Assembly: GCA_031270285.1 (NCBI GenBank)
Contig: JAISXY010000041.1
Span: forward strand, 3,977-67,976
DNA length: 64,000 bases
Direction of reading: 5' to 3'
From: Campylobacteraceae bacterium
GTDB taxonomy: Bacteria; Campylobacterota; Campylobacteria; Campylobacterales; Campylobacteraceae
Below are positions 1 through 11,427 of the stretch, in pieces. Position numbers and translations under genes: made by a program. Each line of letters starts with the position of its first letter. Position 1 is the first letter of the stretch. The notes below the pieces were generated by a model. The model saw only the letters and a program-made list of their open reading frames with translations, was not told the DNA's origin and searched no databases.

Positions 1-755
1 TTTGCGACAATACTTTTAAAGTTTATATAAAAGGGCGGGTTCGCGTAAACTCAAAACTCTTTTTTGATGAAAAGCTGCAAGCGAGCGTACTTGCGTTAAA
101 TGAAGACGGCACGAGAGTTGTAAAGTTTTTCCAAAACGGCGAAGAGCTTGACGCACAATCGCTTTTTAAACTCTTAAATCATATCGGGCATGTACCGCTG
201 CCGCCGTATATCAAAAGAGAAGATACAAAAGAAGATGAAGATGATTATCAAACGATTTTTGCCAAAAACGAGGGCGCTGTCGCTGCGCCTACCGCATCGC
301 TGCATTTTAGTGAAAAGATGTTTGAAGAATTGCAAAAAAGATTTGAAACGAATTTTCTAACGCTTCATGTAGGAGCCGGAACATTTAAAGGCGTAGAGTG
401 CGAAAGATTGGACGAACATATCATGCATTCGGAGTATTTTTCTATCTCTAACGCAGCAAAGCGCATTATCAAAAGCGATAAAGCGCTGCTTGGTATAGGC
501 ACAACAGTAACAAGGACGGTTGAATATTTCGCAAGAACAAAAGAGCAGCAGGGATTTTGCGACCTTTTTTTAAATCCGCTAAATCCTCCCGTGCGCATAA
601 ATCATCTGCTCACCAACTTTCATCTGCCCCGCTCCACTTTGATAATGCTTGTGGCAGGTTTTATCGGGCTTGAGGAAACTTTAAGAGTTTACGGCGAAGC
701 AGTGAAAGAAAAGTACCGTTTTTTCTCTTACGGCGATGCGATGCTTATATTGTAA
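1..755 (+). CDS. queA: S-adenosylmethionine:tRNA ribosyltransferase-isomerase (QueA), 5'-truncated by the window edge
   Basis: The reading frame is open from nt 3. The translation (...NHIGHVPLPPYIKR...IFAKNEGAVAAPTASLHF...GIGTTVTRTVE...) shows QueA hallmark blocks. The ATG at 318 is internal to the gene. Confidence 0.85.
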   Translation, partial: CDNTFKVYIKGRVRVNSKLFFDEKLQASVLALNEDGTRVVKFFQNGEELDAQSLFKLLNHIGHVPLPPYIKREDTKEDEDDYQTIFAKNEGAVAAPTASLHFSEKMFEELQKRFETNFLTLHVGAGTFKGVECERLDEHIMHSEYFSISNAAKRIIKSDKALLGIGTTVTRTVEYFARTKEQQGFCDLFLNPLNPPVRINHLLTNFHLPRSTLIMLVAGFIGLEETLRVYGEAVKEKYRFFSYGDAMLIL

Positions 756-1422
756 GTTTTTCCGTCAATATCCGCATTCCAACGCTTGCTTTCTCTTTAA
801 TGACATTTACGAATGCGAACGGCGTATCTACATTATTCGGATCTATGAGAAAAATCTTGGCGTTTCGCTTGGCATAATGTATCAGTCCCGCAGCGGGATA
901 AACTTGCATTGAAGTCCCGATAATGACGATAATATCGGCATTTGATACGATATTTGCAGCTTTTTCTATAAGCGGTACAGCTTCGCCGAACCAAACGATA
1001 AAAGGGCGCAATCTTGAGCCATCATCTGCTTTTTCGCCGATTTCAATTGCCTTTGTGCCTATATCATAAACTTCACTCTTGCTTTCATTGCAAACTTTTG
1101 TCAATTCTCCATGCAGATGGATAATGTTAGAACTGCCCGCACGCTCATGTAGATTGTCCACATTTTGAGTGATAACGGTAACTTCAAAACTGCTTTCAAG
1201 TTGGGCAATGAGTTTATGCCCTTCATTTGGCATAACATAATCCAATTGAGTGCGGCGTTCATTATAAAATTTTGTCATTAAATCCGGATTTTTACGCCAA
1301 CCGTCAATACTTGCAACTTCCATCACATCGTATTTTTCCCATAAACCGCCGCTATCTCTAAATGTACTTATGCCGCTCTCCGCACTCATGCCGGCTCCGG
1401 TTAAAAAAACAATCCGCTTCAT
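745..1422 (-). CDS. cobB: NAD-dependent protein deacylase, Sir2 family
   Basis: Contains GAGMSAESGISTFR, ITQNVDNLHERAG and HLHG motifs. Length is 225 aa. Confidence 0.85.
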   Translation of the reverse strand: MKRIVFLTGAGMSAESGISTFRDSGGLWEKYDVMEVASIDGWRKNPDLMTKFYNERRTQLDYVMPNEGHKLIAQLESSFEVTVITQNVDNLHERAGSSNIIHLHGELTKVCNESKSEVYDIGTKAIEIGEKADDGSRLRPFIVWFGEAVPLIEKAANIVSNADIIVIIGTSMQVYPAAGLIHYAKRNAKIFLIDPNNVDTPFAFVNVIKEKASVGMRILTEKLTI

Positions 1423-1799
1423 CTTTCTCCCTCTTTGAACCTCTTCAAAATTATTGCAGCCGCAATAGAGTCTATGCGTCCGTCTCGTTTTTGTTTCACA
1501 ACTCCCTTAATGCGCTCTTTGGCTTCATGAGATGAAAAATCTTCATCTGTAAAAACTACTCTGCCCTGAAACTTCAGCAGCGACACAAAGTGTTTTATGC
1601 GCCGCTTCATCTCGTCGTTTGTCGGCAATCCAACTACTAAAATCTCAACTTTGTATTCGCATAAAAGCTCGTCTATATCGCGTGCGGCTTGAACTCTATT
1701 TTGACGCAAGATGGCATCAAGCGGAGTGATAATGCCCTCATGAAGACAAATTGCCGCACCTATCCGCTTCAGTCCTATATCAATTGCGGCTATATTCAT
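1419..1799 (-). CDS. ruvX: Holliday-junction resolvase-like nuclease RuvX/YqgF
   Basis: 126 aa with an N-terminal IAAIDIGLKRIGAA motif. It has 4-nt overlaps with both neighbours, consistent with an operon. Confidence 0.85.
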   Translation of the reverse strand: MNIAAIDIGLKRIGAAICLHEGIITPLDAILRQNRVQAARDIDELLCEYKVEILVVGLPTNDEMKRRIKHFVSLLKFQGRVVFTDEDFSSHEAKERIKGVVKQKRDGRIDSIAAAIILKRFKEGER

Positions 1800-2569
1800 A
1801 CTATTTTCACTCTCATGCCTTTTATCTCTATTTTGCCCGCAAGTTCGTATTCATAAATCTTATCGCCAAATTGTCTCAAACACTCGTTTAAATCCGAATT
1901 TTTAGCGCAAAATGCCAATAGTTCGTCTTTTGTGCCGTTTCCATTTATATCGCTCTGCGGCGCAAATATCTTTACGAAAGCGCCGAAATCTTCTATAACC
2001 TCAGCCTGTCCGTTTTTCACAAGCTGTGCGCTCCCTTCGCTCTCGCCTATTCTATGAGGAAATACATATATCGGCACGCCGCATTCTATGGCATATTCTG
2101 CGCTTCTTAACGAGCCGCTGTTTAAATCCGCCTGCGCTATAACTAATGCATTAGACAATGCCGCTACAATGCGGTTTCTTAATACAAAATTATATTTTGA
2201 TACGGGCGCTCCCTTGCCATATTCGCTTATGAGCAATCCGCTCTCTGAAATCTCTTTTAAAAGCGCGCTGTTGATTTTCGGATAAAGTATATCGAGAGAT
2301 GTCGGCAATACGGCTATAGTATTTGGCATAGCGCCTCTGTGAGCCGCCGCATCTACTCCCATCGCGCCGCCGCTTACCACGACGACTCCCGCGCTGCTTA
2401 ACATAAAACTTAACCGTTCAGTCATGTTTTTGGAGTACAAAAGGGCTTTTCTGCTGCCGACAATAGCAACTTTTGTACGTTTTAAAAGTTCTAAATTGCC
2501 CTGCGCATAAAGCTCTTTTACGGGTTCTTTCAGCGCTGAAAGGATTGGCGGAATCGGTATCGCTGTCAT
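1796..2569 (-). CDS. dprA: DNA-processing protein DprA
   Basis: 257 aa with IVGSRK...SGGAMGVDAAAHRGA (Rossmann-like DprA core). Confidence 0.85.
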   Translation of the reverse strand: MTAIPIPPILSALKEPVKELYAQGNLELLKRTKVAIVGSRKALLYSKNMTERLSFMLSSAGVVVVSGGAMGVDAAAHRGAMPNTIAVLPTSLDILYPKINSALLKEISESGLLISEYGKGAPVSKYNFVLRNRIVAALSNALVIAQADLNSGSLRSAEYAIECGVPIYVFPHRIGESEGSAQLVKNGQAEVIEDFGAFVKIFAPQSDINGNGTKDELLAFCAKNSDLNECLRQFGDKIYEYELAGKIEIKGMRVKIV

Positions 2570-3492
2570 TATAAATCTCTTAAATAAACCACTTCTATAT
2601 CTTTTAAAATATCTAACGACTCCGCTATCGTATCAAGCGTTTTATCATGCGGATGCCCTATCGCTATAGCAAAACCCTTCTCTTTAGCTTTTTTTACAGC
2701 AGTTAAAAGTTGAGCTTTTATAGCCTCTTTCTCTATTACATTATCTAAAAATACATCTCTTTGCAGCAGTTTTCTACCCTGTTCGGCAAAAATTTCAGGA
2801 GCTTTCGTCTGCGCTGTAGTTCTGCTGTCCACAAATATCAAATCCAACTCATCCATAGCGTCAATCAATCTCCTCATAGCCTCAATATCTGCCGTAAATT
2901 TACTGCCTGTATGGTTGTTGTAATAAACGGCGCGCGGAAATTGCGTTTTTAGCTTTTTAAGTTTCTCTAAAATAATATCATAACTATCGCTTACCAAAAG
3001 CGTCGCTTGTTCCGCTCTTTTGAAATTCACAGCCTCCAGCGGCAGATGTACCATGTAAAACTCACAATTTTCAGCCAGTTTATCGGAAAACGGCGTTTCA
3101 GATTTGGGCGGCAAAAATGAAGGCGAGAGCGCAAGCGGAATAGAGAGAATTTTCTCTATCTGCTTTGGAAATGTAACATCGTCTATAACAATCACCAGTT
3201 TTGGTTTTGTCTCTATTTTGGGCGGAACAACAATCGGAAGCGGTACGGTTTCATTAGGCAAAACGGTAATATTCGGAACGGTTGGCGGCGGAGGCAATGT
3301 CGTTTGATTGGTCACATTAATATAAACGCTCGGCGGCTTTTGCATTACAAGTACTGCCGCTGTAATACTTATCAATGCCAATATTATAACCGCTGCAGCG
3401 CCGATAATGTAAAGTTTTGGTATTTTGGATTTTTTAGTTTTTCTTCTGCGTTTTGAAACATTTTTTCTTGGCGCTCTTGGTGTTCTTATCAA
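2569..3492 (-). CDS. Divergent polysaccharide deacetylase family protein (YibQ-like), membrane anchored
   Basis: Basic N-terminus followed by a TM helix and a Pro-rich linker. The C-terminal domain contains NNHTGS and IAIGHPH motifs. Confidence 0.7.
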   Translation of the reverse strand: MIRTPRAPRKNVSKRRRKTKKSKIPKLYIIGAAAVIILALISITAAVLVMQKPPSVYINVTNQTTLPPPPTVPNITVLPNETVPLPIVVPPKIETKPKLVIVIDDVTFPKQIEKILSIPLALSPSFLPPKSETPFSDKLAENCEFYMVHLPLEAVNFKRAEQATLLVSDSYDIILEKLKKLKTQFPRAVYYNNHTGSKFTADIEAMRRLIDAMDELDLIFVDSRTTAQTKAPEIFAEQGRKLLQRDVFLDNVIEKEAIKAQLLTAVKKAKEKGFAIAIGHPHDKTLDTIAESLDILKDIEVVYLRDL

Positions 3493-3539
3493 AAATATCC
3501 CTATGGTTGGGCAAATCTATTACAATTTGCCCAAAAAAT

Positions 3540-4583
<1,044 letters not shown>

Positions 4584-4693
4584 TTAAGGAATATTTTACT
4601 CATATTTGACTTATCAAATACTTTGAAAAAAGCAATCCGTAAAGGTTTTATGGATACAATATACTTCATTTTCGGCTAAAAAAGGTTACTATC

Positions 4694-6643
4694 TTGAACA
4701 ATATAAAATCATTTTTATTGTCGCTTATTGAAGGATTTGATGCCGATAAGATTGAAGATACGCAAAAAGCGCTTATATCTGAAATGGTGCGCAAAAATAT
4801 CATAAAACAGCAAAAAAACATCTATAAATTAAATTCCGACTATCGCGCAGGCAAACTTGATATATCATTAAACGGCACCGGTTATTTGGAGATTTTAGGA
4901 GATGAGAGTAAAAAAGATTTGGTGATAGAGCCAAAAGATTTGGGTGGTGCAGGAAAAGGCGATTTGGTCGTAGCAAAGAGGATTTTTACAAATTCAAAAA
5001 GACAAAAAGGTAAAGTCGTACTGGTAGCGCAAAAGGGATTTTTGACATATGTCGGCATGACTAAAACCGTAAACGGCGCGGTTATCATACAAAATATCAA
5101 AACTACTCTTCCCATAACGACAGCTGCAACACAAAAATCATTAAAGCAGCTTCCGCAAGGCACACTTTTAAAGATAGACAGCGCCGCTGGAACTATCAGG
5201 GAAGTTTTGGGGGTTTTAGGCGATCCTTTGGTAGATGAAAAAATCTCTTTAGCGCTTTTTGACAAAGAGGAGTTTTTCACCAAGCAAAGCGAAGACGAGG
5301 CAAAAAGTCATGGCAATGAAACGGACAAATCGCTCTATCCGCACAGACTTGATTTGACACATCTGCCGTTTTGTACGATTGACCCGAATGATGCCAAAGA
5401 TTTTGACGACGCTATATATTTTGACGAGAAAAATCTCACTATATACATAGCGATAGCCGATGTTAGCGAGTATGTATATCCGTTTGGAAATATAGACAAA
5501 GAGGCAAAAAGCAGAGGCTTTTCTATCTATTTTCCGCACAAGTCAATCCCAATGCTGCCAAGAGCTTTGAGCGAAAATATCTGCTCTTTGAAGCCTCATG
5601 TAGACAGGCTTGTGTTTGGCTTTAAGATAACTTTGGACAAAACCACTTTTGAGCCGAAAAAAGAAGAGCTTTTTGAAGGTATTATCAACTCCAAAAAAAG
5701 ATACACTTATGAAGCTGTGGATAAATTTTTGAGCGATTCCAACTCTCATGCAGACGAGAGTGATAAAAATATACTTCAATGGCTAAAACCGCTTTTTTCG
5801 CTTACCGAAAAACTCCGCGAAAAAAGAGTGCGAAACGCTTTTTTATTTCGCTCTTCGGAAATCAGAATGGAGCTGGACGAAAATCAAAATATCATTGAGA
5901 CAAAAATAGAAGAAGACACGCCCTCTCATGCGCTGATAGAAGAGTGTATGCTTTTGGCAAATAAAGCTGCGGCAAAAAGGATAAATTACGGTATTTTCCG
6001 CACTCATGAACCGCCGTCTTTTGAGAAGATAGAGAATTTGCTTGAGGATTTGCTACTGGTTGGAATTGAAGCCAAATTTTCACCCCAACTGCCTGCGCTC
6101 ATCAGGCAAATCCAAAAACAAGCGGACGAAGCAGGCATAAGAGCTGAGGTAGATAAACTCATCATCAAAAGTCAAAAGCAGGCATGTTATACTCCGGACA
6201 GCAGAGGACATTTTGGGCTTGGGTTTAAACATTATACTCATTTTACTTCGCCCATACGCCGTTACTCGGATCTCGTACTTCACCGCCTTTTGAAATCGCA
6301 CCTCAAAAAAGAGGAAAAACTTGCAAAATATCAATTGACAGATATAGACGCTCTTTGCGAAAATTTGAGCGAACTTGAGCGGGAAGCGGACAAAGTCGCA
6401 TGGGATTTTATGGATAGAAAATTTGCGCGCTGGGCGGCTTTGCACATAAATGAGAATTTTGTCTGCAAAGTAACCGAAGTCGGCAAAAGCGCTATAGCGG
6501 CACTGGATGACAAACTAAAAGGGGCTAGAATATTTTTGATTGACGATGATTTGGAACTGTTTGAAAAAGTGAGCGTAAAGATAATCCAAAGCGATATAGC
6601 ATCTGCCAAAATAATCGGCAAAGTTATGAAAAGGCTTGATTGA
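4694..6643 (+). CDS. rnr: Ribonuclease R (RNB family 3'-5' exoribonuclease), TTG start
   Basis: RNB motifs are present: TIDPNDAKDFDDAIY, HFGLGFKHYTHFTSPIRRYSDLVLHR. Length is 649 aa. Confidence 0.9.
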   Translation: MNNIKSFLLSLIEGFDADKIEDTQKALISEMVRKNIIKQQKNIYKLNSDYRAGKLDISLNGTGYLEILGDESKKDLVIEPKDLGGAGKGDLVVAKRIFTNSKRQKGKVVLVAQKGFLTYVGMTKTVNGAVIIQNIKTTLPITTAATQKSLKQLPQGTLLKIDSAAGTIREVLGVLGDPLVDEKISLALFDKEEFFTKQSEDEAKSHGNETDKSLYPHRLDLTHLPFCTIDPNDAKDFDDAIYFDEKNLTIYIAIADVSEYVYPFGNIDKEAKSRGFSIYFPHKSIPMLPRALSENICSLKPHVDRLVFGFKITLDKTTFEPKKEELFEGIINSKKRYTYEAVDKFLSDSNSHADESDKNILQWLKPLFSLTEKLREKRVRNAFLFRSSEIRMELDENQNIIETKIEEDTPSHALIEECMLLANKAAAKRINYGIFRTHEPPSFEKIENLLEDLLLVGIEAKFSPQLPALIRQIQKQADEAGIRAEVDKLIIKSQKQACYTPDSRGHFGLGFKHYTHFTSPIRRYSDLVLHRLLKSHLKKEEKLAKYQLTDIDALCENLSELEREADKVAWDFMDRKFARWAALHINENFVCKVTEVGKSAIAALDDKLKGARIFLIDDDLELFEKVSVKIIQSDIASAKIIGKVMKRLD

Positions 6644-7620
6644 TGTATAAAAGAGATTTTGACCTGCTGTTGGCTTCTAAAAATATTCCAAGAGCGCTGT
6701 TTTTGTACGGCGCATGCGAATATCAACTCTCGCTTTTGGAAAATGATATACTCTCTTCATGGGGAGAGGGCGAGGTTTTGAAGTTTTATTTTGACGAGTA
6801 TGATTTTAAAACCGTCAAAGCGTATTTGAGCCAATCTTCACTTTTCGGAGATAAAAATATAGTGCTTTTAAAGCTTGAAAAAGCTCCTTCGCAAAAAGAG
6901 ATTGAAGAATTCGTAAGACTTTGTGAAAAAAACGATATAAACCATCTTTTATTCATCTTTTACGGCGAAGATGCGAAAGCAAAAGATGCGGCAAAGGCGT
7001 TTGGCAAATCATTTGTGAGGGTATTTAAGCCAAATCCGAACGAGGCTTTAAAATTTTTAAGCAGTGAAGCAAAAAAGATAAATCTAAACATAAGCGGTTT
7101 TGTTTTGCAAAATCTATACTCCGTGCAAAATGAAAATCTCTCTTTAGCGGTCAGCGAACTGCCGAAATTATCGCTTTTAAACAAAGAGATAACTAATGCC
7201 GATATAGACAATCTCGTGTTTGGCATGGGCAGCGTGGAGCTTGAAACATTTATAAACAAACTCTTAAACGGCGAAAATATAACCAATCTTTACAAGACGA
7301 TAAGCGGGAGCGGGAGCATTGATGAGATAAGGCTTATAAATGCGATACAGTCGCACCTTTATCAGCTTTTTTTATTTCATGCGTATATCAAGATAAACGG
7401 CTCATTTGATGCGGAAAAGATTTTAGGACACCCTCTGCCGCCGCAAATCGCCAAACAACGCTCCGAAATGGCAATGCGCATAAAGATAAAAACTTTCGGC
7501 AAGCTTTTCAAGATTTTAACAAACGCCGAATTTTCTCTTAAAACAAACTCTAATTTAGACAAAGATAGTTACATGTTATCAACGATTTTGGAGATGCAAA
7601 ATATGCTTAAATCCGTTTGA
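6640..7620 (+). CDS. holA: DNA polymerase III delta subunit (probable)
   Basis: 326 aa with an ATGA overlap onto rnr. The N-terminal LFLYG..EY pattern and the size fit HolA. The family is weakly conserved, so confidence is moderate. Confidence 0.55.
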   Translation: MMYKRDFDLLLASKNIPRALFLYGACEYQLSLLENDILSSWGEGEVLKFYFDEYDFKTVKAYLSQSSLFGDKNIVLLKLEKAPSQKEIEEFVRLCEKNDINHLLFIFYGEDAKAKDAAKAFGKSFVRVFKPNPNEALKFLSSEAKKINLNISGFVLQNLYSVQNENLSLAVSELPKLSLLNKEITNADIDNLVFGMGSVELETFINKLLNGENITNLYKTISGSGSIDEIRLINAIQSHLYQLFLFHAYIKINGSFDAEKILGHPLPPQIAKQRSEMAMRIKIKTFGKLFKILTNAEFSLKTNSNLDKDSYMLSTILEMQNMLKSV

Positions 7621-7644
7621 TAAAATATTTAAAAAGGGGATAAA

Positions 7645-8166
7645 ATGGCAGATTTATCGGATGCACTATCGGTAATTTTCAACAGAAAAAGCGTCAGGAG
7701 TTTTAAGGATAGCGATAAAGCTATACCAAAAGAGACATTGGATGTAATTATAAAAGCCGCATTTGCCGCACCGTCAGCCGTCAATTTGCAACCTTGGCAT
7801 TTTATAGTTATAGATAAGCGCGATATTTTAGATGCTTTGGGCGACGGTCTGCCTTATGCCAAAATGCTTTATGACGCATCTGCGGCTATTATTGTGTGCG
7901 GCGATGAGAATGAGAGTAAACTCTACTGGGAAGTTGATTGCTCTGCAGCTACACAAAATATATTACTATCAGTTGAAGCATTGGGTCTTGGTGCGGTATG
8001 GACAGCTGTTTATCCGCAAAAAGAGCGTGTATCGTTTGTGCAAAAACAGTTGCATCTTCCGAATAATATCACACCGCTCAATGTCATACCCATAGGCTAT
8101 CCGGCAAATACAAACAGACCGAAAGATAAGTATAAACCACAAAAAGTGCATATAAATAAATGGTGA
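7645..8166 (+). CDS. Nitroreductase family protein
   Basis: Contains RKSVRSF, AAPSAVNLQPWHF and a GLGAVW block. Confidence 0.8.
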   Translation: MADLSDALSVIFNRKSVRSFKDSDKAIPKETLDVIIKAAFAAPSAVNLQPWHFIVIDKRDILDALGDGLPYAKMLYDASAAIIVCGDENESKLYWEVDCSAATQNILLSVEALGLGAVWTAVYPQKERVSFVQKQLHLPNNITPLNVIPIGYPANTNRPKDKYKPQKVHINKW

Positions 8167-8342
8167 TTTGCCGTTGGCGCAATTGGCGCAAATAGTGCTT
8201 TTAAGATTATTTTAGCTGCTTGGCTGTTGCTGTTATTTGCAAAATACCGTCATTTTGGTCATTGCAAGCCGATAAAAGAGGCGTAGTAATCCATTTTCTC
8301 GGAATTGTAAAAATAGTTACATGAAGCAATTCATTTGATTTT

Positions 8343-8405
8343 GTCATTCCCGCACGACCTACGCCCAAGCTTATAAGCGCATATCATGAGAGGTGGCAGA
8401 AATCC
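8343..8405. repeat. Solitary, decayed copy of the 'expanded' GTCATTCCCGC...GGAATCC repeat element
   Basis: The sequence gtcattcccgcacgacctacgcccaagcttataagcgcatatcatgagaggtggcagaaatcc aligns with the elements at 45042-45107, 45388-45453 and 48845-48911. Confidence 0.6.
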
Positions 8406-8430
8406 AAAAGAAAAAGTCAAATCAAAACTT

Positions 8431-9015
8431 CTATTTCAGTGCGCCTGAGTCGTAAATTATACGCCCCCAATGGTACATTTGTCCGGGCTTTACTACATGC
8501 GGGAGAGGATTTTGCGGCGGATTTGCATCTATGGCATCCTTATAAGCATCTATCGCCAGTTGTGTGCAGTAAAAGCTGTTCGGCGTATCCAATCCTATAA
8601 GTCCTGTGTAGTTATAGTTAAGTCCGATTTTGCTTTTCGCTCTTTTTATGGCAGCCGCTCTTGTCTGCTCATCTGCCCATATCGGCACTATCGCCATTAC
8701 CCTTTGCGACTTTGCCAAAAAATCTTTTAAAGCCGTAGTATGCACGCCGCTTCCGTCAGCCTCTATCACTTCATCAGTATCGGCGTCATAGATAGCCGCA
8801 TGCGATAAGGGCATATTAGTGGCTCCCGCTATGAAATTATCCGTCTCATGAATGCCTCTTGCAACCAGCCAATCGCCATGTGTAAGCACATTTTTAAATG
8901 CTTCATGATCTTCGCCTAAAGTTTTATTTACATCAACGCCGACTTTCACCGCACAGCCCGAAAACAGCGCCAAAATACAGCACCATAAAACAAATTCGGA
9001 AATTTTTCTTTTCAT
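8431..9015 (-). CDS. Lipoprotein, YiiX-like permuted papain/NlpC-P60 superfamily hydrolase (putative)
   Basis: Lipobox LFSGC is present. A His-containing block (LSHAAIY) precedes a Cys block (SFYCTQL), as in permuted NlpC/P60 enzymes. Confidence 0.5.
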   Translation of the reverse strand: MKRKISEFVLWCCILALFSGCAVKVGVDVNKTLGEDHEAFKNVLTHGDWLVARGIHETDNFIAGATNMPLSHAAIYDADTDEVIEADGSGVHTTALKDFLAKSQRVMAIVPIWADEQTRAAAIKRAKSKIGLNYNYTGLIGLDTPNSFYCTQLAIDAYKDAIDANPPQNPLPHVVKPGQMYHWGRIIYDSGALK

Positions 9016-9485
9016 AACTCTTTTCTCCAGTAAAGCATTCTGGGCTCAGTATCTTTAAAACCCATACTTTTATAAAGGTTTTGCGCTATTTTATTATCTT
9101 CTCTTACTTCCAAAGTTATGCGTTCACAGCCGCTCTTTTTTGCCTCATTTATGATAGCGTCCATCAACTGCCGCCCAACTCCTTTGCCTCTATACTCTTT
9201 CAAAACAATAATGTCATGTATATTTATCATAGGTTTTGCCGAAAATGTAGCGATATTTTCAAATGCTATCAAAAGCCCCGCAAATTCACCGCCGCTTTGG
9301 GCTAATAAAACTATAGCCGTTAAGTGAGCGGTAAGTTTTTTTATCAAAGAGATTTGCGTCCTTTTGTTTAAAAGTTTTCCGCCGCCCATTTCATCGCTCA
9401 TGTAAGCGTTTAAAAGCGATATCAGCGCACTTGTGTGTTTTGGATTTGCATAATCACATTTTATTATATCTGCGGCTTTTGCCAT
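9012..9485 (-). CDS. GNAT family N-acetyltransferase
   Basis: Contains the acetyl-CoA binding motif RGKGVGRQLM. The likely start is MAKAAD (cat at 9483-9485), rather than the longest ORF. The stop forms an ATGA overlap with the downstream lipoprotein gene. Confidence 0.8.
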   Translation of the reverse strand: MAKAADIIKCDYANPKHTSALISLLNAYMSDEMGGGKLLNKRTQISLIKKLTAHLTAIVLLAQSGGEFAGLLIAFENIATFSAKPMINIHDIIVLKEYRGKGVGRQLMDAIINEAKKSGCERITLEVREDNKIAQNLYKSMGFKDTEPRMLYWRKEL

Positions 9486-9637
9486 CAAAAAACCTTTTAA
9501 AAAGGGACTATTATACCACAATCATGAGGATTAATGAAACTTCAAAGTTATTTATAGTAAAATCACGCCCTACTCTGTTCTTTTTCAGAGTAAATCCTTA
9601 CTCTTGTTTAAGAGTTTAAAACCCACAAGGAGAATAT

Positions 9638-10036
9638 ATGCGATATTACGAATTGCTGTTTGTCTTGCGTCCGACATTAACGGAAGAAGAGATAAAAGCT
9701 AAAGTTGACTTCATTAAAGAAGTTTTGGAAAAAAATGGGGCAAAAGTTGCCGCAAAACTTACATTAGGCGCAAAAAAACTTGCCTACACCGTACAAAAAT
9801 TCAAACGCGGATATTACACTGTGTACTATTTTCAAGCTCCCGCATCTGTTATAGCTGAGATTGAGAGAGTTATCCGTATCAACGAAGAGATTATCAAGTT
9901 TTTAACGGTAAAATTTGAAAACAAAACAGAAATTGCTTATTGGGAAAAGAGTGTTGCCAAGCTTAACAGTAAAGCTGTACAAGAGGCTGAACCTGAAACT
10001 GATGCTAAATCAGAACAAACATCTGAACAAGCATGA
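9638..10036 (+). CDS. rpsF: 30S ribosomal protein S6
   Basis: Starts MRYYELLFVLRP and has an acidic C-terminal tail. An AAGGAG RBS lies upstream. Confidence 0.95.
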   Translation: MRYYELLFVLRPTLTEEEIKAKVDFIKEVLEKNGAKVAAKLTLGAKKLAYTVQKFKRGYYTVYYFQAPASVIAEIERVIRINEEIIKFLTVKFENKTEIAYWEKSVAKLNSKAVQEAEPETDAKSEQTSEQA

Positions 10037-10063
10037 ATCGTTATCAATTTTTAAGGATTTTGT

Positions 10064-10516
10064 ATGTTTAACCGCGTAATTTTAGTCGGAAATTTGACAC
10101 GCGATATTGAGCTTCGCTATACGCCTTCCGGTATAGCTATTTGCACAACGGGTATCGCTACAAACCATCGTTTTAAAAAACATGATGGAAGCGTCGGCGA
10201 AGAGGTTATGTTTATAGATATTACGCTTTTTGGCAGAAATGCCGAAATAGCAAACCAATACCTGAAAAAAGGCAGTAGAACGCTTATAGAAGGTCGATTG
10301 AAATTGGATAGCTGGACAGATCAAAACGGACAAAAACGCTCTAAACATACCATTACGGTAGATAGCATGAAGATGCTGGAGTCAAAAAGTCAAGATAAAA
10401 ATGACAGTGAAAATTTTGACGAAGAGTATCGCCAGTCAGCACAAAATACGGCGCAAAATACGACAAAACAGAATATCCCTGAAATTGACATAAATGAAGA
10501 CGAGATACCATTTTAA
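10064..10516 (+). CDS. ssb: Single-stranded DNA-binding protein
   Basis: Starts [20 protein letters not shown] and ends with the C-terminal DEIPF tip. Confidence 0.95.
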   Translation: MFNRVILVGNLTRDIELRYTPSGIAICTTGIATNHRFKKHDGSVGEEVMFIDITLFGRNAEIANQYLKKGSRTLIEGRLKLDSWTDQNGQKRSKHTITVDSMKMLESKSQDKNDSENFDEEYRQSAQNTAQNTTKQNIPEIDINEDEIPF

Positions 10517-10539
10517 CTAAAAAATAAAGGATAAAACCG

Positions 10540-10800
10540 ATGGCTGAAAAGAGAAAATATTCACGAAAATACTGCAAATATTGCGAACAAAAAATTGAGT
10601 TTTTGGATTATAAAGATACCAAATTATTAAAACACACGCTATCAGAGCGATATAAGATTATGCCGCGTAGATTAACGGGTAATTGCAAAAAGCATCAAGA
10701 GATGGCTGAAGCTGCGATTAAACGCGCAAGACACACCGCACTTATACCATATATTATAGACACTAAAAATATAGTATCAAATCCATTTGAACTTCTATAA
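10540..10800 (+). CDS. rpsR: 30S ribosomal protein S18
   Basis: Contains CKYC...IEFLDYKD...[12 protein letters not shown]. Confidence 0.95.
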   Translation: MAEKRKYSRKYCKYCEQKIEFLDYKDTKLLKHTLSERYKIMPRRLTGNCKKHQEMAEAAIKRARHTALIPYIIDTKNIVSNPFELL

Positions 10801-10820
10801 AACGATTTTGATTTTATAAA

Positions 10821-10848
10821 CTTTGTGCGGAGTTAAATCCGCACAAAG
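10821..10848. terminator. Bidirectional stem-loop between the convergent rpsR and hpf genes
   Basis: Perfect 11-bp stem ctttgtgcgga / tccgcacaaag with loop gttaaa. Confidence 0.6.
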
Positions 10849-10859
10849 AGCAGATTTTA

Positions 10860-11375
10860 TTAATACAGTCCGAATTTTCCGTCTGTTCTTTTATAAATAA
10901 CGCGCATTTTAGCATCCATGTCATTAAATACATAAAATTGCAAACCCGCATCTTTGAGTCTTTGCAGAGCCTCTTCTATTTCCAGCGGTTTGTACAGTTC
11001 AAGCTCCATAGGAATTATCTCATCTGCACCGTCTAAAACGATGATTTCATTCTCATTTTCTTTTGTTTTGCCTTTTTGAGTCGTTATCTTGTCATGCGTA
11101 CGGCGAAGAACTTTTTTGGCTCGTTCTGCCGCTATATCTATTGCGGCATACAAATCTTTATCCTTATGCTTAATAACTATAGTCTCTTTTTTTGCAAGAT
11201 TTATAACAAATTCAACGCTAAAGCCTTTTTTGCCGCTTTTTTCATCTGCGCTTACGATAACTCTTGTAGAGATGATATCAAGATTGTATTTATATAACGC
11301 ATCTACCGCTTCTTCAATATAGTTTTTGATAGCATCGGTCAGCTCAAGCTGCCTGCCTGAAATACTTAGATTCAT
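10860..11375 (-). CDS. hpf: Ribosome hibernation promoting factor (long HPF / S30EA family)
   Basis: 171 aa. The N-terminal S30EA fold pattern (ISGRQLELTDAIKNYIEE) is followed by a C-terminal dimerisation domain. Confidence 0.85.
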   Translation of the reverse strand: MNLSISGRQLELTDAIKNYIEEAVDALYKYNLDIISTRVIVSADEKSGKKGFSVEFVINLAKKETIVIKHKDKDLYAAIDIAAERAKKVLRRTHDKITTQKGKTKENENEIIVLDGADEIIPMELELYKPLEIEEALQRLKDAGLQFYVFNDMDAKMRVIYKRTDGKFGLY

Positions 11376-11427
11376 GCTAATCCTCCGTAAAAAATATGAG
11401 AGGATTATAACACACCAAGCTTTAAAT

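Noticed and set aside
318-755. The ATG at 318 as the start of the first gene.
   Set aside because: The same frame is open back to nt 3 and encodes conserved QueA sequence upstream, so the gene is truncated by the window edge.
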